Assembly: GCA_038087875.1 (NCBI GenBank)
Contig: CM075995.1
Coordinates: 8,372,001 to 8,436,000 of the forward strand
Direction: 5' to 3'
From: Malacoraja senta
Taxonomy: Eukaryota
Length of the DNA: 64,000 bases
The notes under the pieces are model-generated. The model was given only the letters and a program-made list of their open reading frames with translations. It was not told where the DNA came from and did no database searches. Positions 51,404 through 63,389 of this stretch are shown in pieces; positions within the stretch are counted from its first letter, which is position 1; the number at the start of each line of letters is the position of its first letter. Position numbers and translations under genes: made by a program.

Positions 51404-52125
51404 ATTCCTTCTCTCCATAGATGCTGCCTCATCCGCTGAGTTTCTCCAGCAATTTTGTCTATGTAGTTTGGAGCTCATTTGGAGGCAGCCTGATGGCTGC
51501 AGAGAAGAAGCTGTTCCTGAACCTGGACGTTACAGTTCTCAGGCTCCTGTACCTTCTTCCTGATGGCAGAGGTGAGATAAGTGTGTGGCCAGGATGGTGT
51601 GGGTCTCTGATGGTGCTGGCTGCTGCCTGCAAATCCCTTCGACGGTGGGGAAGTCAGTACCCACGATGGACTGGGCAGTGATGTCTGTACGGAGTTTGTA
51701 CGTTCTCCCTGTGACCGCGTGGGTTTTCTCCGCCATCTTGTGCAGCGTGACATTCCACCGACTGTCACAACTGTACCCTTGGACCCAAAGTGCTGGAGTA
51801 ACAAGCACGGAGGAAGCAATCGAAGGAAAAATTGATTAGTTTGGAGTACCGCGTGCAGTTCTGGTCAACCCATTACAGGAAGGGTGTGAAGGCTTTGGTG
51901 AGGTTGGAGAAGAGGTTTATCAAAAAATACTGCCTAGATTAGAGGGTTTCATCTACAGCGAGTTTAGATAGCCTTGGATCGTTTTCTCTGGAGGGTCGGA
52001 GTGGAGGTGATGGAAGTGTATAAAATATCGAGAGGCATAGATAGGGTAGGCAGTCAGAATCGTTTTACCCCCAGGTGCAAATGCCAAAGACAAGAGGGCA
52101 TAGCCAATAAGTGATGTGGAGAAAG

Positions 52126-52685
52126 TTACTCCAGCACTCTGTGAAACGTCACCTATCCATGTTCTCCACAGATGCTGCCTGACCGACCCGCTGAGTTACT
52201 CCAGCACTCTGTGAAACGTCACCTATCCATGTTCTCCACAGATGCTGCCTGACCCGCTGAGTTACTCCAGCACTCTGTGAAACGTCACCTATCCATGTTC
52301 TCCACAGATGCTGCCTGACCCGCTGAGTTACTCCAGCACTCTGTGAAACGTCACCTATCCATGTTCTCCACAGATGCTGCCTGACCCGCTCAGTTACTCC
52401 AGCACTCTGTGAAACGTCACCTATCCATGTTCTCCACAGATGCTGCCTGACCCGCTCAGTTACTCCAGCACTCTGTGAAACGTCACCTATCCATGTTCTC
52501 CACAGATGCTGCCTGACCCGCTCAGTTACTCCAGCACTCTGTGAAACGTCACCTATCCATGTTCTCCACAGATGCTGCCTGACCGACCCGCTGAGTTACT
52601 CCAGCACTCTGTGAAACGTCACCTATCCATGTTCTCCACAGATGCTGCCTGACCGACCCGCTGAGTTACTCCAGCACTCTGTGTC
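52126..52685 (+). repeat. Tandem array of about 8.3 copies of a 66-bp PLE-terminus unit
   Basis: GAAACGTC starts at 52143, 52213, 52279, 52345, 52411, 52477, 52543 and 52613; period 66, or 70 with a gacc duplication. Confidence 0.95.
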
Positions 52686-52749
52686 TTTTTTCCCCAGATG
52701 GTATCAAACAATGAAAGTGAAACTGGATAATAATTAAGTCTCACTTTAC

Positions 52750-52855
52750 CTCCAAACTCTTGATTTTGAGGATTCTTTTCCGCCTCGAGAGTTTGTTCAT
52801 CGTTTGTCTTTTCATCGTTTTCACTCTCGGCTTGGTCAACCGCAGGGTTCGTTGT
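52750..52855 (-). CDS. TOPBP1: TOPBP1 poorly conserved acidic linker exon, TTNPAVDQAESENDEKTNDEQTLEAEKNPQNQEFG
   Basis: cacag acceptor and gtaaag donor, open frame, phase 0 to 1 bridges the flanking exons exactly; similarity is weak. Confidence 0.75.
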
Positions 52856-53807
52856 CTGTGAGAAACCCCAGAAATAACCATTTGTTTAGTCTAGTTCGGA
52901 GATACAGTGTGGAAACAGGCCCTTCAGCCCATCAAGTCCGCACCGGCCAGCGATCACTCCGCACAAACACGCACTGCAAACAATTTTACCAAGACAATTA
53001 ACCTACAAACCTGTACATCTTTGGAATGTGGGAGGAAACCAAAGATCTCGGAGAAAACCCACGCAGGTCACGGGCAGAACGTACAAACTCCATACAGACA
53101 GCACCCGTAGTCGGGATCCAACCCAGGTCTCCTATTCCTCTCATGATTTTGAACGGCTCTATAAGATCGCCCTCATCCTTCTGTGCTCTAAGGAATAAAG
53201 TCCTAGCCTGCTCCGCCTCTCCCTAGAAATTCAGGGCCTCGAGTCCTGGCAACATCGTCGTAAATCTTCTCAACACCCTTTCCAGTTTGGTGACCAAACT
53301 GAAACATAATACTGAAAGTGTGGCCTCACCAACTGCAACATGATCTCCCAACTTTTATACTCAATACTCTGACTGTAGAAGGCCAAAGTGCCAAAAGCCT
53401 TCTTGATAATGGACAATAGACAATAGACAATAGACAATAGGTGCAGTAGTAGGCATTTCGGCCCTTCGAGCCAGCACCGCCATTCAATGTGATCATGGCT
53501 GATCATCCCCAATCAGTACCCCGTTCCTGCCTTCTCCCCATATCCCCTGACTCCGCTATCTTTAAGAGCCCTATCTAGCTCTTGAAAGTATCCAGAGAAC
53601 CGGCCTCCACCGCCCTCTGAGGCAGAGAATTCCATAGACTCACAACTCTGTGTGAAAAAGTATTTCCTCATCTCCGTTCTAAATGGCTTACCCCTTATTC
53701 TTAAACTGCGGCCCCTGGTTCTGGACTCCCCCAACATCGGGAACATGTTTCCTGCCTCTAGCGTGTCCAAACCCTTAATAATCTTATATGTTTCAATAAG
53801 ACTCCCT

Positions 53808-54065
53808 GTCATCTATCCATGTTCTCCACAGATGCTGCCTGACCCGCTGAGTTTCTCCAGCACTCTGTGAAACGTCACCTATCCATGTTCTCCACAGATG
53901 CTGCCTGACCCGCTGAGTTACTCCAGCACTGTTAAACGTCACCTATCCATGTTCTCCACAGATGCTGCCTGACCCGCTGAGTTACTCCAGCACTCTCTTA
54001 AACGTCACCTATCCATGTTCTCCACAGATGCTGCCTGACCCGATGAATTACTCCAGCACTCTGTG
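53808..54065 (+). repeat. Tandem array of about 4 copies of the 66-bp unit
   Basis: Same unit in the opposite orientation to the 20757 array. Confidence 0.9.
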
Positions 54066-54400
54066 CCTTATTTATTTTGCAAACCAGCATCTGCAGTTCC
54101 TTATTCCCAATCAATACTCATACTGATGAAGGCTAATGTGCCCTATCTACCTTTCGAGGAACTATATACCTGCAATTGTAGATCCCTCTGCTCTGCAACA
54201 CTCCCCAGAGGCCGACCATTCACTGCGTAGGTCCTGCCCATGTTAGACTTCCCAAAATTCGACAACTCTCATTTCTCTGTATTAAATACCATCAACATTT
54301 CCTCCGCCCACCTGCCCGACCGATGGAGATCCTGCTGCAATTTTTCACAACCATCTTCCAACGTCTGCAATGCCACCCACCGCTAGTGTTCAGGGCCTTA

Positions 54401-55096
54401 AGGGCCTGTCCCACTTACGTGTCCTTGGCACGCAAATTACGCGACCTCGTGGTCGCGTTGAGCCGCGACGGTCCCGAGAAGGTCGCACGCAATTAAATTG
54501 CTTACGCACAGCCGTCTGGATCGCGTAACGTCATTTGAAATTGGACACAAAGCAGGAGTAACTCAGCGGGACCGGCAGCATCTCTGGAGAGAAGGAATGG
54601 ATGATGCTTCGGGTCGAGACCCTTCTTCAGTCTGAAAAGAAGGGTCTTGACCCGAAACGTCATCCATTGCTTCTCTCCAGAGATGCTGCCGGTCCCGCTG
54701 AGTTACTCCAGCATTTTGTGTCTATCTTCAATTTTCTTGGCCCCGCTCTGGGAGTAGAAGTGGGGGCGGATCCGGACCGCAACGGCCGTGAGCCCCAGGC
54801 CGAGTTCGGCGATCGTTTGCCTGCTTCTGCTGCTGTTGGAGGTGAGACGTTGCGTCGCGCCAGGGCCTTGGGCCTGTCCCACTTTGGCCGTCAGTTACGC
54901 GACAGGCCATTGGCACGCAAAGATTCCGTTTGCTACAAAAATTTCGGAGCCCCACGCGATGTCGCGCACAACTCCATACCCCTCCGCGCTTCTCAGTGGG
55001 ACCGGCCCCGCGTGGCCATACGATGCCCGTGTGCCTCAACGCGACCACGAGGTCGCGTAATTTGCGTGCCAAGGACACGTAAGTGGGACAGGGCCT
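54401..55096. mobile_element. PIF/Harbinger-like MITE with long inverted repeats and a nested PLE hairpin
   Basis: Inverted repeats of about 60 bp starting agg(g/c)cctgtcccactt; TTA on both flanks. Confidence 0.7.
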
Positions 55097-55181
55097 TTAC
55101 TGACACACGCAAATTGTCCGGGGGAAGTATGAGCACAATAAAATATCACACACTGAACGACAATATACATTCTTCCAATAC

Positions 55182-55325
55182 CTGCTTATCCCTGCATCTT
55201 GCTTCAGAAGGGGACCGGCGGGTGGACACTTTAGTTTCCTGAACGGCACTCATATCCAGGCTCATGTTAGGATTGTATGTGTGAGGGTAAAGATATTCAG
55301 GCACCTTCCTCTGCTCCTCAGCACA
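55182..55325 (-). CDS. TOPBP1: TOPBP1 exon, [48 protein letters not shown]
   Basis: cag acceptor and gtattg donor, 144 nt; matches [18 protein letters not shown]. Confidence 0.95.
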
Positions 55326-57187
55326 CTGCATCAAAGAATTTCACACAGTGCAATAATTAACAACGTGTTCATGAAACACAAAAGGTGCAGCTAGGAAAAC
55401 ATATTCAACTCGTTATACTTCAATTAAAGTAAATATCGGCACTAAGTAGGTTATGAGAACAAAGTCCTGCACACAGTCTATATAGATAGACTTTAGCAAG
55501 GCAGCATCTCCGGAGAGAAGGAATGGGCGACGTTTCAGTCTGAAGTAGGGTCTCGACCCAAAATGTCACCCATTCCTTCTCTCCAGAGATGCTGCCTCAC
55601 CCGCTGAGTAACTCCAGCATTTTGTGTCTACCTTCGATTTAAACCAGCATCTGCAGTTCTTTCTTACACATCTTAGACTTTAGCAAGGCATTTGGTTTCC
55701 TTATGTTTGGTTCACTGGAGTTTAGAAGGATGAGGGGGTGTCTTATAGAAATATATACAATTATAAAAGAACTGGACAAGCTAGATGCAGGAAAAATGTT
55801 CCCAATGTTGGGCGAGTCCAGAACCAGGGGCCACACTTAGAATAAAGGGGAGGCCATTTAAGACTGAGGTGAGAAAAAACCTTTTCACCCAGAGTTGTGA
55901 ATTTGTGGAATTCCCTGCCACAGAGGGCAGTGGAGGCCAAATCACTGGATGGATTTAAGAGAGAGTTAGATAGAGCTCTAGGGGCTAGTGGAGTCAAGGG
56001 ATATGGGGAGAAGGCAGGCACGGGTTATTGATAGGGGACGATCAGCCATGATCGCAATGAATGGCGGTGCTGGCTCGAAGGGCCGAATGGCCTCCTCCTG
56101 CACCTATTTTCTATGTTTCTATGTGTAGGAAGGAACTGCAGATGCTGGAGTAACTCAGCGAACAGGCAGCATCTCTGGAGAGAAGGAATGGGAGACGATT
56201 CGGTTCTGAAAAAGGGCCTTGACCCAAAAAGCCACCCATTGCTTCTGTCCAGAGATGTTGCCTGTCCCGCTGAGTTACTCCAGCATCTTGTGTCTATTTT
56301 GTTTAGTTATTTGGGTGAGAACATACAGGGCAAGATTAGCAAGTTTGCAGAAGATACAAAAGTGGGCGGGTTTGCAGACAGTGAAGATGGTTGAGAAAAA
56401 TTGCAGCAGGAACTTGATCGATTGGCCAGGTGGGCTGAGGAATGGTTGGTGGAATTTAATGCAGAGAAGTGTGAGGTGTTGCAATTTGGGACGTCGAACA
56501 AGGGCAGGACCTACACAGTGAATGGTAGGCCTCTGGAGAGTGTTCTAGAGCAGAGGGATCTGGGAGTCCAGGTGCATGGTTCCTTGAAGATCGAGTCGCA
56601 GGTAGATAAGGTGGTCAAAAAGGCATTTGGCACATTGGCCTTCATCAGTCGGAGTATTGAGTATAGAGGTTAGGAGGTCATGTTGCAGTTGCATAAGACG
56701 TTGGTGAGGCCACATTGTGTTCAGTTCTGGGCACCATGTTTTTGGGACGATGTTGCCAAGCTTGAAAGGGTTCAGAAAAGATTGACAAGGATGCTGCCAG
56801 AGCTAGAGGGTGTGAGCTATAGGTAGAGGTTGAGTAGGCTGGGACTCTATTCCTTGGAGCGCAGGAGGATGAGGAGTGATCTTATAGAGGTGTATAAGAT
56901 CATGAGCGGAATAGATCGGGTAGATGCAGAGTCTCTTGCCCAGAGTAGGGAAATCGAGGACCAGAGGACACAGGTTTAAGGTGAAGGGGAGAACAAATGT
57001 AATAGGAATCTCCATACAACAGCACCTGGATGGATCCCGGGTCTCCGGTGCTGTAAGGCAGCAATTGTACCGCTGCGTCACCGTGTCACCCTTTTGATAA
57101 GGATCTGCATGGTAGGCTGCTGTGGAAGGGTAGATCGTATGGCATCCAGAGATAGCTAGCCGACTGGATAGAGAATTGGCTTCATGT

Positions 57188-57996
57188 CACTCAGCGGGTC
57201 AGGCAGCATCTCTGGAGAACATGGATAGGTGACGTTTCACAGAGTGCTGGAGTAACTCAGCGGGTCAGGCAGCATCTCTGGAGAACATGGATAGGTGACG
57301 TTTCACAGAGTGCTGGAGTAACTCAGCGGGTCAGGCAGCACTAGAACTAGGGGACATAGTTGTAGAATAAGGGGGGGGCTCTTTTAAAACTGAGATGAGG
57401 AAGAACTTCTTCACCCAGAGGGTGGTTAATTTATGGAATTCACTGCCCCAGGGAGCAGTGGAAGCAGAAACATTAAATATATTTAAGTCTAAAATAGATG
57501 GTTTTTTAGCTGCCAAGGGGATAAGGGGCTACGGGGAGAGGGCAGGGATATGGACCTAGGTAGGGTTAGTATAGTAAGACCTGAGTGATCTCCTGGACAA
57601 GTGTCGATCGCCTGGATTGGGGTCGGAGAGGAATTTCCCGGATTTTTTTCCCGAATTGGACCTGGGTTTTTATCCGTTTTTTTGCCTCCCCCAGGAGATC
57701 ACTCGGTTCTTGGGGTGGAGAGGGGTGATAGCGCTATAATGGGGAGGGTAGTGTCTTGTGTTCTGTGTCTTGTGTCTACTGTTTGTGGGTGGGGGTGTTT
57801 GTTTGTTTGGTGTTCAGCCATGAGCGAATGGCGGTGCGGGCTCGATGGACCTGGTGGTCTACTCTCGCACCTACTTTCTATGATTCTATGATTCTATGAG
57901 CATCTGTGGAGAACATGGATAGGTGACGTTTCACAGAGTGCTGGAGTAACTCAGCGGGTCAGGCAGCATCTCTAGGGAACGTGGATAGGTGACGTT
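57188..57996 (-). repeat. 66-bp unit array split by a CR1 3' insertion (about 57341-57898)
   Basis: The unit stops at ...ggcagca and resumes at agcatctgtgg after the CR1 (ATTCTATG)n tail. Confidence 0.85.
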
Positions 57997-58048
57997 CGGG
58001 TTGGGACTCTTTTTGAGCTCGTCTTCAAAAGGGAAATACTTCTCGTAC

Positions 58049-58172
58049 AGCAAAGAGCCAGTGTTCGGAGACAACGTGAACGCCCTTTTCTTTGACGGAC
58101 TTGTATTCCCGACTGGTGTCATTCTGCTTGCCCTGGTAGATGTAATGAGTCACCATCTCTTCATAACTCCAC
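58049..58172 (-). CDS. TOPBP1: TOPBP1 exon (BRCT6), [41 protein letters not shown]
   Basis: cag acceptor and gtacga donor; phase-compatible across a 106-bp intron; BRCT SEHW motif. Confidence 0.95.
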
Positions 58173-58278
58173 CTGCAAGCACAAACAATATGTTCAGCAG
58201 AAAGCCCGTTTCCACCGGCCCAGAGCCGGAAAGGAGCTGTCTAAAAAGTGGGGAAGCGTTGGAGCAATAAGCCGATAC

Positions 58279-58385
58279 CTGTAATCTGCTCCCAGAGAGG
58301 CTGCTATTGCGTTCAAGTCGCCCTGTCGCTTGCCAAGCTTCTTACTCACACAAATCACAACATCCGCTAAGATCTCCGGCTCGTC
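58279..58385 (-). CDS. TOPBP1: TOPBP1 exon (start of BRCT6), [35 protein letters not shown](R)
   Basis: cag acceptor and gtatc donor; matches [28 protein letters not shown]. Confidence 0.95.
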
Positions 58386-59046
58386 CTGGCAAAGAAAGCA
58401 ATCCATTTACAGTGAACTCTTTTACAGCTCCAACCGTGACACTCCCGAAGGCGTTCATTAGACCAGGGGTCGGCAACCTTGTTCTGCATAGGAGCCAGGA
58501 CCCATGTCTGTGAGCGGATGGCGGGTCACGTCTATCGCCATAGTCAATAAATAATTAATGATAGATTTGTTTTTTTTAAATCGCGACAAAAACTTAACAA
58601 AAAGTCGATTACCCCCGCGACAAACTACAACTAAAGTGCAACACTGTGGCCGGAGCGGAATTCCTCACAGTCCCCGCTGATGCTCGGCTTTCCTCCAGCA
58701 CCCCCGCCCGCCGCTCTCAGCCCGCTTCAGCTTCACACACATGCCGCGGCACCGGGGCGGGGGGCGCTTTCATCTCTGGGTGGTCGTGGGGGATGGAAGA
58801 GGGGGTGGGAGGATAGGGACGGAGAAAGAGAGAGAGAGTGAGTTAAGGGCCTGTCCCACTTGGCGATTTTTTCGGCGACTGCCGGCATCATTTTCTGACG
58901 CATCAGGTCACCGAAACATTCGCGGCGTGACGACGTATTGACGTCGCTACATTTTTTCTGTCGCCGCTGGATTTTGATATGTTCAAAATCTTTTCGCAAT
59001 ACTGATATGATGCCGGCAGTCGCCGAAAAAAATCGCCAAGTGGGAC

Positions 59047-60442
59047 ATAGAACACATAGAAACATAGAAAATAGGTGCAGGAGTAGGCCATTCGGCCCTT
59101 CGAGCCTGCACCGCCATTCAATATGATCATGGCTGATCATCGAACTCAGTATCCTGAACCTGCCTTCTCTCCATACCCCCTGATCCTTTAGCCACAAGGG
59201 CCACATCTAACTCCCTCTTAAATATAGCCAATGAACTGGCCTCAACTACCCTCTGTGGCAGAGAGTTCCAGAGATTCACCACTCCCTGGGTGAAAAATGT
59301 TTTTCTCATCTCGGTCCTAAAAGATTTCCCCTTAATCCTTAAACTGTGACCCCTTGTCCTGGACTTCCCCAACATCGGGAACAATCTTCCTGCATCTAGC
59401 CTGTCCAACCGCTTAAGAATTTTGTAAGTTTCTATAAGATCCCCCCTCAATCTTCTAAATTCTAGCGAGTACAAGCCAAGTCTTTCCATATCCAGTCTTT
59501 CTTCATATGAAAGTCCTGACATCCCAGGAATCAATCTGGTGAACCTTCTCTGTACTCCCTCTATGGCAAGAATGTCTTTCCTCAGATTTGGAGACCAAAA
59601 CTGTACGCAATACTCCAGGTGTGGTCTCACCAAGACCCTGTACAACTGCAGTAGAACCTCCCTGCTCCTATACTCAAATCCTTTTGCTATGAATGCTAAC
59701 ATACCATTCACTTTCTTCACTGCCTGCTGCACCTGCATGCCTACTTTCAATGACTGGTGTACCATGACACCCAGGACTCGTTGCATCTCCCCTTTTCCTA
59801 ATCGGCCACCATTTAGATAATAGTCTACTTTCCTGTTTTTGCCACCAAAGTGGATAACCTCACATTTATCCACATCATACTGCATCTGCCATGCATTTGC
59901 CCACTCACCCAGCCTATCCAAGTCACCTTGCAGCCTCCTAGCATCCTCCTCACAGCTAACACTGCCCCCCAGCTTCGTGTCATCCGCAAACTTGGAGATG
60001 TTGCATTCAATTCCCTCGTCCAAATCATTAATATATGTTGTAAATAGCTGGGGTCCCAGCACTGAGCCTTGCGGTACCCCACTAGTCACTGCCTGCCATT
60101 CTGAAAAGGTCCCGTTTACTCCTACTCTTTGCTTCCTGTTTGCCAGCCAGTTCTCTATCCACATCAATACTGAACCCCCAATACCGTGTGCTTTAAGTTT
60201 GTATCCTAATCTCTTATGTGGTACCTTGTCGAAAGCCTTCTGAAAGTCCAGATACAACACATCCACTGGTTCTCCCTTATCCACTCTACTAGTTACATCC
60301 TCGAAAAATTCTATAAGATTCGTCAGACACGATTTACCTTTCGTAAATCCATGCTGACTTTGTCCAATGATTTCACCACTTTCCAAATGTGCTGCTATCC
60401 CATCTTTAATAACTGACTCTAGCAGTTTCCCCACTGCCGACG
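59047..60442 (-). mobile_element. CR1/HER1-type LINE, 5'-truncated, with an open reverse transcriptase frame
   Basis: ORF 59127-60689 contains [24 protein letters not shown] and KFADDTKL; CR1 3' stem-loop and (TCTATGTT)n tail. Confidence 0.95.
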
Positions 60443-60494
60443 ATAGACAGGCCCGTGAGTCGACAGGTATGATATGGAATTGGTTGTGTCTGTC

Positions 60495-60507
60495 AGTGAG
60501 TGAGTGA

Positions 60508-60553
<46 letters not shown>

Positions 60554-60610
60554 GCGTGCGTGGGTGCGTGTGTGCGTGTGTGTGTGTGTGTGTGTGTGCG
60601 TGCGTGCGTG
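60495..60610. repeat. (GAGT)n/(GT)n/(GCGT)n microsatellite
   Basis: Visible repeats; they create the spurious HT-rich start of the 520-aa ORF. Confidence 0.9.
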
Positions 60611-61242
60611 ATGCGGCCCGTGGCCCGTAGGTTGCTGACCCCTGAATGAGGTCCAATTTGCCGAGAAAAAAAAATGTCCAGAGAGTCAAAGATATAGATG
60701 TACAAAATCATGAGAGGAATATATCGGGCAGATGCCCAGAGTCTCTTTCCCAGAGTAGGGGTGTCGAGAACCAGAGGGCATTGGTTTAACATGAGCAGGG
60801 ATAGACTTAATAGGAATCTGAGGGGTAACCTTTTGACACAGCGGGTGGTGGGTGCATGGAACGAGCTGTCGGGTGAGGTAGTTTTGGCAGGACTATCGAA
60901 ACGTGAAAGAAGCCATTAAACGGGTACATGGATAGGACAGGTTTCGAGAGGTATGGGCCAAAAGCAGGCAGGTGGGACTAGTGTAAATGGGACATGTTGG
61001 TCAGTGCGGGCAAGTTGGGAAGGGAAAGATAGATCGGGGCATGATTGAATGGCGGAGTGGACTCGATGGGCCGAATGGACCACAGATCGCAGACCTAAGT
61101 CCTTGAAATCGCGAGGCAGAAGCTCCAACAGTGCCACTCCTAATGGCTTGAATTACACTAAGCAATTTTCTGAGAAATAAAATGTCTACAAAGAAAAAAG
61201 ACATTGAGCCCCAGGTACTGAGAAATAGCGCTGTGGTTTAAC

Positions 61243-61419
61243 CTTGGCTGGTTCAGGCGCATGAAACTGCGGGCTTGCTGCAGATGGTGCCAGCGCATTG
61301 CGTCTGCTGTTTGCCAACGCCACCTTCAGATTCCTCCCAATCACTTCAGATAAGGGGGTACTCATCTTCCTGTTACGTTGGTTTGGGTTGGTTGGAGTCT
61401 CCAGAGCTGCCAATGCATC
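61243..61419 (-). CDS. TOPBP1: TOPBP1 exon, [59 protein letters not shown]
   Basis: cag acceptor and gt donor, 177 nt; matches recalled [19 protein letters not shown]. Confidence 0.92.
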
Positions 61420-62814
61420 CTGCAATGAAGAAGACGTCATTGATATCATGGATATTGATATGTCACTGTATGTCATGTTGTCACTTGCGGGCGGAGCACC
61501 AAGGCAAATGCCTTGTATGTGAATACTTGGCCAATAAACTTATTCATTCATTGATAAACAGCCGGAGGCAGATAATTAGGACGGAGTAAAGGGCATCAGA
61601 TGTACAGATCAACAGCAGAATGACCACCGACTCCACGCCGGCCATCCATCTCCCGTACACACTAGCTCCTTGTTATTCCATTCTCACATCCAGTCCCCAC
61701 ACAGCAGGAGGCAATTTTACAGAGGCCAATTCACCTACAAACCCGCACGCCTTTGCGATTGCAATCATGTATGCGATTGTAACCATGTATGGATCTTATA
61801 GAAACGTACAAAATTCTTAAGGGGTTGGACAGGCTAGATGCAGGAAGATTGTTCCCGATGTTGGGGAAGTCCAGAACAAGGGGTCACAGTTTAAGGATAA
61901 GGGGGAAGTCTTTTAGGACCGAGATGATAATTTCTTTTTTTCACACAGAGAGTGGTGAATCTGTGGAATTCTCTGCCACAGAAAGTAGTTGAGGCCAGTT
62001 CATTGGCTATATTTAAGAGGGAGTTAGATGTGGCCCTTGTGGCTAAAGGGATCGGGGGTATGGAGAGATACTGAGTTGGATGATCAGCCATGATCTTATT
62101 GAATGGCGGTGCAGGCTCGAAGGGCCGAATGGCCTACTCCTCCACCTATTTTCTATGTTTCTATGTATGGTCCTACTGCTGAATGGATTAGCACGCAACA
62201 AATGCTTTTCACTGTACCTCGGTACACGTGACAATAAACTAAACTGAACTGAAAACTGGAGCGCCTGGAGAAAACCCACGCAGTCACAGGGAGAACGTCC
62301 ACAAAGCCAGCACCCGTGGTCAGGCTGGAACCTGGGTGTCTATCAGCTACTGCCCGATTCCCTATTGTGGACATTGGACTTTGTCCCTGGATCTGATGCG
62401 CTTGGGGGAGGGACTTGAACTTTATTTCGCCTTCCACCACAGTGAGGAGTGTGTAGGAGTCACTGTGGTGGATGTTCATGTTGAAATGTGTTTTGGATTG
62501 TTCTGTTTCCAAGATGGCCGCCGGAAGTGAGAGTGACCGTTGGCGGGACTAGCTGCTGCCGCTGCTCTCTCTTCGAATTGTGTATCGTTGCTGTTACCGA
62601 CCACTTCTTGTTCTGTTTCATTTTGTTTATATGTTTGTAATTTGCTTGTTTTAATCTGTAAGGTGTCCTTGGCAGTCCTGAAAGGCGCCCATAAATAAAA
62701 TGTATTATTATTATTATTATTATTACAATGCTGTGAACTATATTCAGCACTCTGTACCTTCCCCTTTGCTCTTACCTTGCCCACACCGGCCAACACACGT
62801 CCCAGCTACAGCAG

Positions 62815-63385
62815 GTAGACACAAAATGCTCAACGGGACAGGCAGCATCTTTGGAGAGAAGGAATGGGCGACGTTTCGGGTCGAGACACTTCTTCAGACT
62901 GATTTCAGGGGAGTGGGCGGGACACGAAAAGAATATAGTTGGAGACAGTAAGACTGGTGGGAGAACTAGGAAGGAGGAGAGGGTGGAGAGAGAGAGAGGG
63001 AAAGCAAGGGCTGTTTGAGAAGTCATCGTTCATACCACTGGGGTGTGAGCTACCCAAGCAAAATATGAGGTGCTGTCCCTCCAATTTGCGCTGGGCCTCA
63101 CTCTGACAATGGAGGAGGCCCAGGACAGAAAGGTCAGATTGGGAATGGGAGGGGGAGTTGAAGTGCTGAGCCACCGGGAGATCAGGTAGGTCAAGGCGGA
63201 CTGAGCGGAGGTGTTCAGTGAAACGATCACCGAGCCTGCGCTTGGTCTCGCCCCCAATGTACAGGAGTTGACACCTGGAACAGCAGATGAGGTTGCAAGT
63301 GAACCTCCGCCTCTCCTGAAAAGATTGTCGGGGTCCTTGGATTGAGTCGAGGGGGAAGATAAAGGGACAGGTTTTGCATCTCCTG
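62815..63385 (-). mobile_element. Penelope-like element 3' fragment (GIY-YIG and terminal repeat)
   Basis: CSRCQLLYIG..ETKRRLGDRF.EHL and AQHFNSPSHSQSDLSVLGL; terminal repeat with a degenerate hammerhead motif. Confidence 0.87.
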
Positions 63386-63389
63386 CTAC

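Noticed and set aside
52143..52279. Complete or permuted hammerhead within the 66-bp unit
   Set aside because: The unit has GAAACGTC, but its CTGA is followed by GTT or CCC rather than NGA, so the catalytic core is missing.
52126..52685. CRISPR-like array
   Set aside because: Units are contiguous and near-identical with no unique spacers, there are no cas genes, and the context is vertebrate.
54601..55242. 213-aa ORF on +
   Set aside because: It crosses a PLE hairpin, a GC-rich MITE and the antisense of a TOPBP1 exon, with no recognisable domain.
58464..60644. Single hAT element bounded by CAGGGGTCGGCAACC and GGTTGCTGACCCCTG
   Set aside because: The ends are hAT-like, but the flanking 8-mers (cattagac versus aatgaggt) do not match, so one insertion cannot be supported.
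59127..60689. 520-aa ORF as a novel gene
   Set aside because: It is a microsatellite read-through (HT repeats) into a truncated CR1 reverse transcriptase.
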